Part shown: one piece after another, positions 54,387 through 64,000 of the stretch
Layout of the letters: each line of letters opens with the position of its first letter
Position numbering within the stretch: position 1 is the first letter of the stretch
DNA from: an uncultured virus (IMG/VR IMGVR_UViG_3300030095_006218)
Lineage: Duplodnaviria; Heunggongvirae; Uroviricota; Caudoviricetes
IMG/VR virus record: IMGVR_UViG_3300030095_006218
DNA: 64,000 bases
Strand: one strand, 5' to 3'
Notes under the pieces: model-generated
The model's input: only the letters and a program-made list of their open reading frames with translations
Told to the model about the DNA's origin: nothing
Databases searched by the model: none
Program-made: the position numbers and the translations under genes

Positions 54387-55616
54387 TTAGTACTTCCACC
54401 ATTTTCCAGACTCATCAATTGTGTTGAACCGCTGTATAGCTCGATCTTTCTTCTGTTCGGCCACTTGACGGCGTTCTTTCATTTTCGCCTGATCAGCTGC
54501 ATCCATGCCCGGCTGATTGGTTGTGATTCCCAAAATTTTCGTCCCTTTATTCATACGATCATACATTCTTTTGGTTTTGTTGTCAATCCCTTCCAACCTA
54601 CGATCAAGAGCGGGGCCATATTTGTGTTTACCGCCTGTGCCCCTAGATGGTATGCTGGGGTAAGATAGCGATGAATTGTGTTCGCCGTGTAGCATATCCT
54701 CTAAGGATGTGTCATCATATTCGTGTGTACTCCCAAATCTATAATTATCTTGTGCATGCTTATGTTTAGAAAGAACACTAGCCTTATTATAAGGATCTGA
54801 CGGGAAAGGATCTTTTCTCTGTTCGGAAGGTGACCAGCCGGTAAAGTGTTCGTGTATAACAGTTAGCGAAACGCTAATACGCAAAACTTTGGGTATAAGA
54901 ACATCTCTCGACACTCCGCGTGATTCGTCTCCATCAAAAAACCCAACATCAACTTCTGGCTCCCATGAGAGAGAGTCTATAGCACATAAAAGCCCTTGGC
55001 CGGGGCTCCAGCCTACGTCGTTAGCGTTTTGAATTAAGTTGGAGAACCTTACACGAACAAGTGGCGAAGCGGCGAGATATTCGTCTTTGCCGGTGCTTGT
55101 GGCCGTAGGGTACATAAACGTTATGAGTTTGTTGGCCCTTGCTATGTTGGAAATGCCTTCTTCACTGTCGCTGGCTGGTAACATCCATGACAGTTGTATT
55201 GTTCTTTCTGTGCCAGAGTAATTATGAATCGGATCTCCGCGACCGTATATATGCTCACTTTGCCAGTCAGGTGAGAAAGAGTCAGAAAATTGCTCCAGTT
55301 GTGCAGGAAAATAAACCTGATGACCGGTTGTTACGGAATAGAAATAAATAAATAACTTTTTATCATTGGATAAGGTGTGTGGCCCATCATAGTACTCACC
55401 TTGGTAAAAACCAGCAAACGGAGGCCCGTTCCACTTGGCATAATCAGATATGCGACCGCGCAAGATGGGAAACGAAAGGGAGTGCATAAAGGTAGCAAAC
55501 TTAGAGCCGCGAAGGCGTGCAGACATGCCCCTCTGCTTGGGCTTATCTTTAAAGCCGGCGGCACCTACGGCGGCGCCTGAGTTTGAAGATGAAGGGTTTT
55601 TGGGATCTTTTGCCAT
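54387..55616 (-). CDS. putative tail-tube initiator/baseplate protein (paralog of 55620..57059)
   Basis: FPAQLEQFSDSF...W...GRGDPI...GTERTIQLSW...P.VRVRFSNLI. Confidence 0.6.
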   Translation of the reverse strand: MAKDPKNPSSSNSGAAVGAAGFKDKPKQRGMSARLRGSKFATFMHSLSFPILRGRISDYAKWNGPPFAGFYQGEYYDGPHTLSNDKKLFIYFYSVTTGHQVYFPAQLEQFSDSFSPDWQSEHIYGRGDPIHNYSGTERTIQLSWMLPASDSEEGISNIARANKLITFMYPTATSTGKDEYLAASPLVRVRFSNLIQNANDVGWSPGQGLLCAIDSLSWEPEVDVGFFDGDESRGVSRDVLIPKVLRISVSLTVIHEHFTGWSPSEQRKDPFPSDPYNKASVLSKHKHAQDNYRFGSTHEYDDTSLEDMLHGEHNSSLSYPSIPSRGTGGKHKYGPALDRRLEGIDNKTKRMYDRMNKGTKILGITTNQPGMDAADQAKMKERRQVAEQKKDRAIQRFNTIDESGKWWKY

Positions 55617-55619
55617 TAT

Positions 55620-57059
55620 CTATTCACCCTCCGGTTCGAAGAAGCCGGCCGGGGGCTCTCCACCGTTGGCGTACCAATCCGGCGGGTTTTGGCCTCGCCA
55701 TTGGTCACGGCGGTCACCGGTGTGAGTTCCTCTTTCGCTTGTACGGTTGTATTCGTTGACTAGTTCTTCCCATTCACCGGTAGCGTATGCAGAATTCCCG
55801 CCGGGGCCACCACCGGGAGTCCAGTCTTCTGCCACCTCCATTCCGTAGCTCCTGTTGGACGTCCAATCGAAATCTGCGGCGGCGGGGGATACCGGAGGTG
55901 AAAACGGATTAGTTGTTTCAGGCTTAAATATATCAGATTCCGCCATAGCTCTGCCCAGCGCCTGCTCTTCTGCGAAATTGTTGTGAAAATGCATTTTGCT
56001 GCCCGGGCCCATTCTATCTCCTACAGCGTCGTCCATAGCTGCAGCTTTGTTTGCGTATTCTGCAGCCATACGCTCGGCCTCGCGGGCAGCTCCTTCGGGA
56101 TTGTCGATGCCAGCCCATGCTTTATAGGAACTATCCACATCAAAAATGAATTTGTCTCTTTCAGTATATGGCCAACTTTGTATATTGTTTCTAATGGTTC
56201 TTTTACCGGCACGTGTCAATTTGCCCCCTTTGCCACGCATATTCATATAAGCATTTACTGTGTCATTAACACTTTCAGTCCATTTTTGAGCGCGAGCTTC
56301 GGCTGTCTGTTGTTTGTTTTTAGCTGCGTCCATCTGTGGTATGTGTTGCGGCAAGTGGGGAAAAGTCTCTGCTAAACCTTCAGATGTTGCAAAATTCCAC
56401 CCGCTTTTGTCATCGTTACTATTAGTACGCCATGAGACATCATGCATGTGAATTATGTCCATACTAATGATACAAGTCATTAATTTTGGCGCCACCATTT
56501 CCCCGGGTTGGCGAAATTCGCCACCCGAATCATAAAAACCGGCATCCGGAACAGGCTCGAAACTGAAAGATTTTATTATTGCTTCTACTCCTGCCTCATC
56601 CTTACTGCCCATTGCCGAACAGTCCTGTAGTAAGTTAGCAAATCTCACTTTCACTACTGGAGCTTCGGTCATTGATAATGCATTACCAGAATCTTGATAG
56701 GCTCCATAAAGAAACTGTGATAGGCGTCCGCACGCCTTTAAGTTGCCTATAGCCTCTTCTGGGTCTGCGGCTGGCAATTCCCATGACAGCTGGACAGTTC
56801 TTGCCGTTCCGGTAAACGTCTTTATATGGTCTGGGCGACCCATGACCGGTTCAGAATTCCAGTTGGATTTAAAGGTTTCAGTAAACTGCGTTATAAATGC
56901 AGGAAACCAAACCTGTTTTCCACTTGGTACGTGATAAAATGTTAAACGATTGCCCTTTACATTGTGATATGTGTGCGGACCATCGTAATATCCGGGTTTA
57001 TTACGATTGTATCCATAGCCATAAAATAACGACTGTTTAAGACTGTCTAAAAACGCCAT
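55620..57059 (-). CDS. putative tail-tube initiator/baseplate protein (paralog of 54387..55616)
   Basis: FPAFITQFTETF...W...GRPDHI...GTARTVQLSW...PVVKVRFANLL. Confidence 0.6.
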   Translation of the reverse strand: MAFLDSLKQSLFYGYGYNRNKPGYYDGPHTYHNVKGNRLTFYHVPSGKQVWFPAFITQFTETFKSNWNSEPVMGRPDHIKTFTGTARTVQLSWELPAADPEEAIGNLKACGRLSQFLYGAYQDSGNALSMTEAPVVKVRFANLLQDCSAMGSKDEAGVEAIIKSFSFEPVPDAGFYDSGGEFRQPGEMVAPKLMTCIISMDIIHMHDVSWRTNSNDDKSGWNFATSEGLAETFPHLPQHIPQMDAAKNKQQTAEARAQKWTESVNDTVNAYMNMRGKGGKLTRAGKRTIRNNIQSWPYTERDKFIFDVDSSYKAWAGIDNPEGAAREAERMAAEYANKAAAMDDAVGDRMGPGSKMHFHNNFAEEQALGRAMAESDIFKPETTNPFSPPVSPAAADFDWTSNRSYGMEVAEDWTPGGGPGGNSAYATGEWEELVNEYNRTSERGTHTGDRRDQWRGQNPPDWYANGGEPPAGFFEPEGE

Positions 57060-57122
57060 AGCGATGCCCCCTTTGTTAGTAATTATCAGTCAAAACAGAA
57101 TTTTATGGTTTATTTTGAATTA

Positions 57123-59486
57123 TCAATCTGCCCACTGGGTTACCAATCCGTGGTCATCCATAACCTCTATAATCTTGCCTTCAAGCTCGGCATCTAGCGA
57201 TGGAATCTGTACTAAGACTGTAAATTTGGGTGACATATTGATTGTTGGCGCGGCTGCTGGAACAGCCGTAACTGCTGTAGTAGCAGGGGTAGCCATGGCG
57301 ACGGTTAGATTTTGAAGACGGCCGGCAGCTTCTGGAGTCATATCATTAACATTTTTAACTACTCTTTCAATTTTTAACTCTTCCGCACCGCCAAGTTCTA
57401 AGTTCTGCACTGCAGCTGTAAAGCCCTGTAATGACTCTATCTTATCAATATTCAGGCCGTTGACAGCAGATTTTAACGTTACTAAAGCGCCAGCCATAGA
57501 CACCATGCCGGCAACTACGCCAAGTCCACCAAAGCCAGAAATGTTGCCCAGCGTACTGGCCAATAGTGTTAGTGGTTTGAGCGCTTCAGCGGAACCAAGC
57601 TTTGAAAGGCCTTCGGCCATGGCGCCAAATCCGGACGACACCATCATTATTGATGCACCGAAAGCCAACATGGCCGCGGCAGCAATGCCGATGCCGATGC
57701 CACCTTTAATACCAGCAACACCAAGGCCAATGAATCCGCCAATCAAAATAGCAGTTACGGCAATAAATGTGCCTTGATTATCGTTCATTTCTCCTACGTT
57801 TTTTGCCAGTGTGCCAAGGCCGGCGCTAGCCATCATGACGCCTATGCCCATAAGGGCAAAAGCACCTCCAAGAGCCAATGTTTGCTTCCAAGTCATTCGC
57901 GCTGCAGCACCTACTGCTTTTGTACTAACAGCAACCTCTGCCGCCTTTACAGCAAAGCCTCCAAACTTGGCAATAAGGCCACCAATACCAGTTGCTAGCT
58001 TGACTAGCCTCCACGTAACAAGGGCCGCTCCAATAACGCCGACCCAAAAGAAGAACCTTGGAAAAGCTTGAATAAGATTCAAAACCCCCTTAGCTATGCC
58101 GGTCAATGTGGTTATAGCAGTTTCATTCTCTACGGCAAACACACGCATTGTTTGTATAAACTCATCTCCCAAAGTTTGGAATCCTGCTAAAGCGGCTGTT
58201 AATTCTTCCATGCTTTTTGCATCAGCTTGGGCGGTTCGCATTTGCTCTTCCAAATCTCCATTTAAGATCTTGGTCACTTCATCAACTGAACGGCCGGTTG
58301 CGTCTGCAACGGCTAACATCTGCCAATAATTGTCAACTGATACGCCAGCATCTTGAAATGCGCGCTGCAGCATCCTGATTCTATCAATTGGATCGGTTGC
58401 CTCCATTATATCAAGGGTGCTTAAATATTGACCGCCGAGTACTGCGTTCAGTTTACCAACGGAATCGGCGGCGCCGTCAAATCTATCAAATTTCTCTGTT
58501 ATGGCTAATAGGTTTCCAATTTCAATACCTGTTGCCTTTGAGGCGGCTGCTAGCTGAATAAATGCCTCTGTACCTTGCCTGCCAAACTTGGATAATTTTG
58601 GACCCGCAGATACTGCTTGGTTCATCATATCAGCAACGGACACATCAAGGGCTTGAGCCGCTGTAGCGATCTGCCTTTGAGACAATTCAGCGGCGCCGAC
58701 ACCCATAGAAAAGCTTTTTGTCGCAACTTCAAATGCGCCGGCTGTATCGCTGGTACTAACGCCCATCTCGCCCATAGTGGCAGTGAGTGTTTTTATGATG
58801 GCCTGTTCATCAGAACCAAGTTTCGTAAATTCAGTCATTTGTGTGAGCAAAGCTTCGTGAGTTTCTCTGGCCTCATCCATCGTCACACCTTGGAACACCA
58901 TTTGTCTTTCTAAATCTCTTATGGACTTTTCATATTCGCCGGTGGCGCCCATCGTCTTATTAATGCTTACCGTAGCATCATCTTGCGCCTTTATATACAG
59001 AATGGTGGCTTCTTGCATTTTCATCATTGTTGAGCCAATGATATTTTCAGCCGTAAACGTTTCTTTAAAGGCTTTGGAGAAACCTTCCATGCCTCCCGGC
59101 TGCATAAGCTGGCCAAGGGCCGTTTTACTCCACTTGTTGCTTACTCCCGTGAGTGCTTCAAAAGTATCTTTGTATGATTCTGCAATAGCCTCAATTTCTT
59201 TGCGCTTTTGCTTTTGAATCTTCAGATCTGCTTGTTCAAGTTTAAGTCGTTTAAGTGTTGTCTGATACTGCTCTTCAGTAATTTCACCTATATTTCTCTG
59301 GACATTTAACTCTTCAACTTTGAGAGCTAACCTGCGCTCTTCAGTTCTCTCATGTAATTCTTCCGTTTCAAGGCCTTTTTCGCGCGCGACTTCAAGATCC
59401 GCCATCAATTCTTTTCGTTCTGTTTGAATTGCCAGCAGGCGCTCTGCAGCTCTTAATTCTGCTTTTGTTATTTTATCGTCGGCCAT
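57123..59486 (-). CDS. tail tape measure protein
   Basis: 787 aa, helical and Ala/Gly-rich with hydrophobic segments; downstream of tube and chaperone. Confidence 0.75.
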   Translation of the reverse strand: MADDKITKAELRAAERLLAIQTERKELMADLEVAREKGLETEELHERTEERRLALKVEELNVQRNIGEITEEQYQTTLKRLKLEQADLKIQKQKRKEIEAIAESYKDTFEALTGVSNKWSKTALGQLMQPGGMEGFSKAFKETFTAENIIGSTMMKMQEATILYIKAQDDATVSINKTMGATGEYEKSIRDLERQMVFQGVTMDEARETHEALLTQMTEFTKLGSDEQAIIKTLTATMGEMGVSTSDTAGAFEVATKSFSMGVGAAELSQRQIATAAQALDVSVADMMNQAVSAGPKLSKFGRQGTEAFIQLAAASKATGIEIGNLLAITEKFDRFDGAADSVGKLNAVLGGQYLSTLDIMEATDPIDRIRMLQRAFQDAGVSVDNYWQMLAVADATGRSVDEVTKILNGDLEEQMRTAQADAKSMEELTAALAGFQTLGDEFIQTMRVFAVENETAITTLTGIAKGVLNLIQAFPRFFFWVGVIGAALVTWRLVKLATGIGGLIAKFGGFAVKAAEVAVSTKAVGAAARMTWKQTLALGGAFALMGIGVMMASAGLGTLAKNVGEMNDNQGTFIAVTAILIGGFIGLGVAGIKGGIGIGIAAAAMLAFGASIMMVSSGFGAMAEGLSKLGSAEALKPLTLLASTLGNISGFGGLGVVAGMVSMAGALVTLKSAVNGLNIDKIESLQGFTAAVQNLELGGAEELKIERVVKNVNDMTPEAAGRLQNLTVAMATPATTAVTAVPAAAPTINMSPKFTVLVQIPSLDAELEGKIIEVMDDHGLVTQWAD

Positions 59487-59497
59487 TTATGTATTTC

Positions 59498-59842
59498 CTA
59501 GTTAAACGGCCACTTTAAGCCCGTTGCACGTTCAAAATTGTTAACTGCTTTAATCAATTTTGCTTTATCTTTATAGGTTCTGGGATCATCTAGACCGTAC
59601 TTTGAAGCAGTTTCGATATATCGCTTCTCACCACCTAATGTACGCGCAAATGATTCAACTTCAGAACGGCTACCCTTTACTTTAACTGGCATGCTTGAAT
59701 TACCAAACATTCTCTTCAGCAAGATTTTAACCCATGCTCCAAACATGCCAATAAAGCTTTCGTCTAGATGATTTTCTCTGAGTTGTTCGAAATCGATAAC
59801 GATCTCTGTTATTTTGTCTTCGTTTATCATATATTCGCCCAT
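59498..59842 (-). CDS. hypothetical protein
   Basis: 114 aa; ACTATTTA immediately upstream. Confidence 0.75.
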   Translation of the reverse strand: MGEYMINEDKITEIVIDFEQLRENHLDESFIGMFGAWVKILLKRMFGNSSMPVKVKGSRSEVESFARTLGGEKRYIETASKYGLDDPRTYKDKAKLIKAVNNFERATGLKWPFN

Positions 59843-59865
59843 GTAATAAATAGTTTTGTAATAAG

Positions 59866-59888
59866 AAAAAGGCCGGATTGCTCCGACC
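59866..59888 (-). terminator. rho-independent terminator
   Basis: GGTCGGA-GCAA-TCCGGCC hairpin followed by TTTTT. Confidence 0.8.
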
Positions 59889-60100
59889 TATCTTCGGCCA
59901 CCGGGACCATAGCTTCCTTTTCTTTGAGATGCTTTTTCATGCTCTTCTCTTTCCATCTCAAATTGTTTAATCAACCTTCGCAAGAACCACCTTCTAATCA
60001 ATATTGGCAAATTGTAAGCTTCAATAAAGCTCCAGCCGCCATGATATTTCATTAAGAAGAATTCTTCATAGACCCCTTCTATGTAGCTATCGTTTAGGCC
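59888..60100 (-). CDS. short tail-assembly ORF, probably expressed as a frameshift extension of 60087..60941
   Basis: +1 frame GLNDSYIE...MKYHGGWSFIEAYNLPI..RRWF opens across a T7 run. Confidence 0.55.
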   Translation of the reverse strand, partial: GLNDSYIEGVYEEFFLMKYHGGWSFIEAYNLPILIRRWFLRRLIKQFEMEREEHEKASQRKGSYGPGGRR

Positions 60101-60941
60101 AAAAAAAGTCCGTAGTAAACGGAACCTCCATTTCTTGTTCAAAGCCACAAGCAGTGCACGAAAATTCCTGCCTCATATCAACGTTTGGAACGATTTTTTG
60201 ATAAGCCTGACGTAAATACCGTGAGTCGGCTGCAGGCATAGTTTCAATAAACGTGTGCACTTGACTCTGATCAGTCACTCCGTTGGCAGATACGACAAAC
60301 ACTTTAAACTGGTCTGTCATTGGAGACTCCGGCAATCTGTTTTTGCGCTTATTTTCGGTCCACTTAATAAGGTATTTTTCGTCGTGCCCTGTTAAAAGCC
60401 TAACTTCTACATTTACCTTGCTATGTGGTAATTTGACCATATATGTACCATTCTCGGTCTCGCTAATATCGTAGTCTTCGTAATTGTCACCACGATATAG
60501 GCTAATATCCTTTAAGTTAAAGGATGTGTCAGCGGCTGTTTGACACGCAGGGCATGTTACGCGCGTTTCATATAATTCTCCGTAGCCGCTAATTCTTGCA
60601 GCAACAATAAGGGCGTTTCTATCGCCAATATATAAGTTATCTGCATTTATCCTCTTGTCAACAATAATGTTGTCAAGAAGACGATCCAAGGCAATACCCT
60701 TTTTAAGCAAAGTCTTTGAAGTTAGAATATCTTCATCTTTTGCTGTCATAAACCGAATCTCAACACTATCAGTGTCGTGAAGCGGATGATCTTCAGGGTA
60801 ATTTTTACCTTGTGATGGTAACTCAACAAATTCGGTTGGTACTGAAAAGTTTAAGGCAGATTCTTGCTGCATCATCTCTGGTACCGGTGGTTGTTGTGTT
60901 CCTTGATTTTTTATGCCCAGTCTATCACTGTTTCTAGACAA
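60087..60941 (-). CDS. tail/baseplate assembly chaperone (T4 gp26-like)
   Basis: VELPSQG..YP, MTAKDEDIL, CPAC and CTAC Zn pairs, FFWP C-terminus. Confidence 0.75.
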   Translation of the reverse strand: MSRNSDRLGIKNQGTQQPPVPEMMQQESALNFSVPTEFVELPSQGKNYPEDHPLHDTDSVEIRFMTAKDEDILTSKTLLKKGIALDRLLDNIIVDKRINADNLYIGDRNALIVAARISGYGELYETRVTCPACQTAADTSFNLKDISLYRGDNYEDYDISETENGTYMVKLPHSKVNVEVRLLTGHDEKYLIKWTENKRKNRLPESPMTDQFKVFVVSANGVTDQSQVHTFIETMPAADSRYLRQAYQKIVPNVDMRQEFSCTACGFEQEMEVPFTTDFFWPKR

Positions 60942-60969
60942 ATATCACCTCTCATATTATAAAATTTTG

Positions 60970-61566
60970 TTAGCTCGACGTGGAGAAGAATTTCGTTGTG
61001 CTGTCGATCAAGCCGCCCGCAGCGGTTGTGTCCGAGCCATTTTTAGTAATACATTCCGCCCAGTCATATCTAATTTCCAAATCGATCATTGTTAAGTCGT
61101 CGGCTTCATAATCTAAATCGCCAAATTTAACATCTTTAATCCAAGCGTTTTTAAGCACCCAAGTTTCAAGCTTGGTCCCGTCCACATCAATTTGTGCAAT
61201 TTGAACAGAACCAAGCGCCCTTACCGCCTTAGCCTTACCCATGGTTTGTACAGTGTTTTTGTCGCCGGGAACTTTATATCCTGATGCGGCAATAATTGCA
61301 TTAGTATTGGCAGCTGCATCGGGATTTACAGGATCCACAAGGGTCACTGTAACCGTATTCCACTCAACACGACCCGGATAATAGAATTTGTGATTTAAGA
61401 AAGTGTGTGCAGTTTCAGTAATTGTGAAACTAGGCTTGCTTACCTTCTTGGCATGCCACGTAGCCGTGTCAGCTCCAAATCCTGCAATAGTTATTAACCA
61501 TCTATAAGCTCTTTTTGGATCGCCTAATTCTGCGGCGCTCCAAAATGCGGATCCTCCTTCAGCCAT
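60970..61566 (-). CDS. tail tube protein (T4 gp19-like)
   Basis: PKRAYRW, YPGRVEWNTVTVTLVDP, ETWVLKNAW...FGDLDY...IRYDWA; follows the sheath gene. Confidence 0.85.
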   Translation of the reverse strand: MAEGGSAFWSAAELGDPKRAYRWLITIAGFGADTATWHAKKVSKPSFTITETAHTFLNHKFYYPGRVEWNTVTVTLVDPVNPDAAANTNAIIAASGYKVPGDKNTVQTMGKAKAVRALGSVQIAQIDVDGTKLETWVLKNAWIKDVKFGDLDYEADDLTMIDLEIRYDWAECITKNGSDTTAAGGLIDSTTKFFSTSS

Positions 61567-61632
61567 TATCTAATCCCTCCGTTATATTGTATATAGTTTG
61601 TCATGTCGATATTTCTAGTATTTTTTTCAACT

Positions 61633-64000
61633 CTAGTCATCGAATGAGGCTCCTGTTCTCGTTATAATGAAATCAATTGCAATGAATTCGATGGCGCGAG
61701 CAGGCTTGAGGAAAATCTTCGCATACAAGATGTTTCTGTCGATAAGGTCGGCTGTAGTAGTCGTTTCATCTAGAACAATCTTATAGTCTGTGAGTCCCAA
61801 TCCTGCCTTGACACCGGCAAGGAATGCATCTGCCTCACCTCTGAACTTGACCCAAGTACCTTCGACATTTTGCTCGAATAGGATTCCAGCAGCAATTCTT
61901 GAGATTTGCTTCTTAAGGAAGATCATCAAGCGACGTACATTGATTCTATCAAGTGCCGATGGGGTGACTTGTAGGGTCTTTTGACCGAACACCACCACAC
62001 CTTCATTCGGGAAATCTGCGATTGGATTAATATTCACTGCGTACAGATCATCCCTCTCTCTTGAAGTGAGTTTAGATGATACGCGGGTAATGTTAACGCC
62101 CGCAGCCATTTCGTTGTTCAGCCCTCCGCGGTTAAACCCTGCAGGGGCAAACCAGACTGCAGCAGTTTCTTGCGTAGAGGCCATAACACCCATCATTGGT
62201 ACAGAGGGTGGTACCCAAAGCAGTTGGCCGCCGTCGTTCATTTGAACCCATGGGAAGTAACATGCACCATAGCTTGAATTAAGTGCTCGATCTGTAAGAG
62301 AAGTTATTGCTGTGCTAACATTAGGTCGTCTGGCAGTTTCTGCATCAGTACCCTCAGTAAATGGCACGTAATCGTTCTCAAGATCGATAACTGCCAGTGC
62401 ATCGGCGCGTGCTTCGCAGACATCAATGAGTCTGTCAGTAAGAGCGGATTTGTTAATGCCCGGAATGGTCATAACGTTACACTCAACAACCTCTGGGTCT
62501 GATACGGCATTGATTGCGCGCTCAATAGAGTGGTAAGTATAGCTGCCTCTAGCGGTAGAGCCGATTCCACTGTTTCTAAAGGGCTCTTGCTCAGTGATGT
62601 TAAGTCCATCAAATCCGCCGGCAAAAACAGTTGTAAATGCATCATATCCGCGGTCAATGATATCCTTGTAGCTGCCCTCGACGGCCGAAATTGAGCCGCC
62701 GGCTGCGCGTGAGCCAGAAAGATAGTAATCTAGAACGTCAGGCTTGCTTATGGTCGAGGCGCCTTTGCAGACATCATCCAGCGTAAAGACCCACATGTGG
62801 TCTGTATTTGTTCCAGCTGTGAAAGTTTCAGCCCAAAGATTCTCAACAGGCTTGGGACGCAAATAGTCTGGCGTACCAACATCATATGAGGTGGAAGCAG
62901 ATTGGTGTGTGCATGCACCCCAGTATGGCTTCTGTGCGGAGCTAGGCGCGCCAGTACCGCCCTCGGTGCTTACCTTTCTAAGTGGTACAGCCGGGAAGTC
63001 GAACGAGCCGGTAAAGTTACCGGTACCAATTTCCATAAAGTTAGTGGCGGTACCATTCGTTAGAGCCGGGCTGGCGTTTCCTTTGACAAATGGTGCCGTG
63101 TGCTTAACTCCGCTACCATCGCCGGCGTGACTTTCGAATACATAGGCAGATCCGCTTGTAGAACCGGAAACGAAACCCCAACTCTTGTATCTAGTTGGTC
63201 CATAGACGCCGAATGGAAGAAGGTTGGCATCAGCCCCACCCTCATCGACGGTAGGATCCATTTCAATATATACTAAATCCGATTTAGGTGCGTAAGTGCC
63301 GTATGTACGCCAGCGGTTTTCAGTGTTATCCCATTCGTGATACATATCTCCGATCTTTCGTGCAACATAGTTTTCAGATTGCGGGTTTAGATTGCAGTTA
63401 TTGAACTGCTCGATGTATTGTACTCTATCGTCGGTATCGCTAATGTGGCGGATTACAACTGAGAAGGTGCCGTATGGATCTTCGTCAGATCTTGAATACT
63501 TAAGATTATCAATTGAAACTTTGGCTGTTCTTTGCAAATCTTCTCCAGAGTCGCGCGCAACAAGTCTGAATAGCTTGCTCATGTTGGACGGGCCGTAGGT
63601 CGCATAGTCGCTACCTAAATCTTGTGAGAAGAACCACCCTGTTTTGGCCTCTTTGTAGCCGGCGCGGTTATCTTCGTGTCCATATCCAGAGGCATTCTGC
63701 AGAGGTAGAAGCACGGCATAGTATGTTGCCGATGCGGGTGCGCCGGGCGTGGCTTCCGCGATATCTTCCATTGCTCTTTCGTACGTCTCACCAAGCCAGT
63801 AATTTGTGGTTTGCGATGAAGGCGTTACAGTGCCGTTAACTAATTGTGGATTGGTGTTGAACACCTTTCTAGCATATGTTGCACTATCTTTGTTAAAGTC
63901 GAAGGTTACTGTACTAGCACCACTCCAACCCTCACCGGTAGTAAGTTCATGATCGGTATCTTTAATCAGCAACTTGAACTGCGCATTTCTAATACCAGTC
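61633..64000 (-). CDS. contractile tail sheath protein (5' part outside window)
   Basis: WFAPAGFNRG, INPI..FP..GVVVFGQKTL, RINVRRL, PARAIEFI; frame open to the window edge. Confidence 0.93.
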   Translation of the reverse strand, partial: TGIRNAQFKLLIKDTDHELTTGEGWSGASTVTFDFNKDSATYARKVFNTNPQLVNGTVTPSSQTTNYWLGETYERAMEDIAEATPGAPASATYYAVLLPLQNASGYGHEDNRAGYKEAKTGWFFSQDLGSDYATYGPSNMSKLFRLVARDSGEDLQRTAKVSIDNLKYSRSDEDPYGTFSVVIRHISDTDDRVQYIEQFNNCNLNPQSENYVARKIGDMYHEWDNTENRWRTYGTYAPKSDLVYIEMDPTVDEGGADANLLPFGVYGPTRYKSWGFVSGSTSGSAYVFESHAGDGSGVKHTAPFVKGNASPALTNGTATNFMEIGTGNFTGSFDFPAVPLRKVSTEGGTGAPSSAQKPYWGACTHQSASTSYDVGTPDYLRPKPVENLWAETFTAGTNTDHMWVFTLDDVCKGASTISKPDVLDYYLSGSRAAGGSISAVEGSYKDIIDRGYDAFTTVFAGGFDGLNITEQEPFRNSGIGSTARGSYTYHSIERAINAVSDPEVVECNVMTIPGINKSALTDRLIDVCEARADALAVIDLENDYVPFTEGTDAETARRPNVSTAITSLTDRALNSSYGACYFPWVQMNDGGQLLWVPPSVPMMGVMASTQETAAVWFAPAGFNRGGLNNEMAAGVNITRVSSKLTSRERDDLYAVNINPIADFPNEGVVVFGQKTLQVTPSALDRINVRRLMIFLKKQISRIAAGILFEQNVEGTWVKFRGEADAFLAGVKAGLGLTDYKIVLDETTTTADLIDRNILYAKIFLKPARAIEFIAIDFIITRTGASFDD

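Noticed and set aside
3..63839. All plus-strand ORFs in the supplied track (e.g. 13363..13971, 19304..19807, 26629..27078)
   Set aside because: They lie antisense to well-supported minus-strand genes, show no recognisable motifs, and read as shadow ORFs.
1..64000. Alternative genetic code (stop-codon reassignment)
   Set aside because: Long conserved genes are intact in code 11, and TAA, TAG and TGA all end genes at sensible positions.

Overview
This is 64 kb of a large, tailed (myovirus-type, probably jumbo) phage genome in standard genetic code. Essentially every credible gene is on the minus strand. In transcription order (high to low coordinates) it contains four blocks. (1) A contractile-tail module: sheath (partial), tube, chaperone with a candidate frameshift, tape measure, baseplate. 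(2) A replication and nucleotide-metabolism block: short family-A polymerase, tubulin-like protein, gp32-type SSB, RecA, deaminase, 5'-3' exonuclease, DnaB, class II RNR, DnaE, dUTPase, Dam, IMPDH/GMPR. (3) Proteostasis and lysis genes: GroEL, GroES, two ClpP-like proteases, thioredoxin-fold proteins, amidase endolysin. (4) A set of predicted lipoproteins, then an early-type region of tiny genes with a tRNA(CAT). The most notable observations are: an array of about 13 MKVGDLV mini-genes interlocked by a stereotyped 14-nt overlap; an identical TGTCA-N6-TGTCA box at fixed spacing upstream of three sigma70 promoters; a shared W(K/R)x(F/Y)xxE peptide tag on otherwise unrelated late proteins (candidate capsid-targeting signal); a CglF/GltF-like gene and a vWA lipoprotein that point to a Myxococcota/Bdellovibrionota-type host; a 31-aa Arg/Lys-rich peptide resembling ribosomal protein bS22; and a stand-alone sigma region-4 protein. 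All family assignments come from motif recognition by eye. No database search was run.
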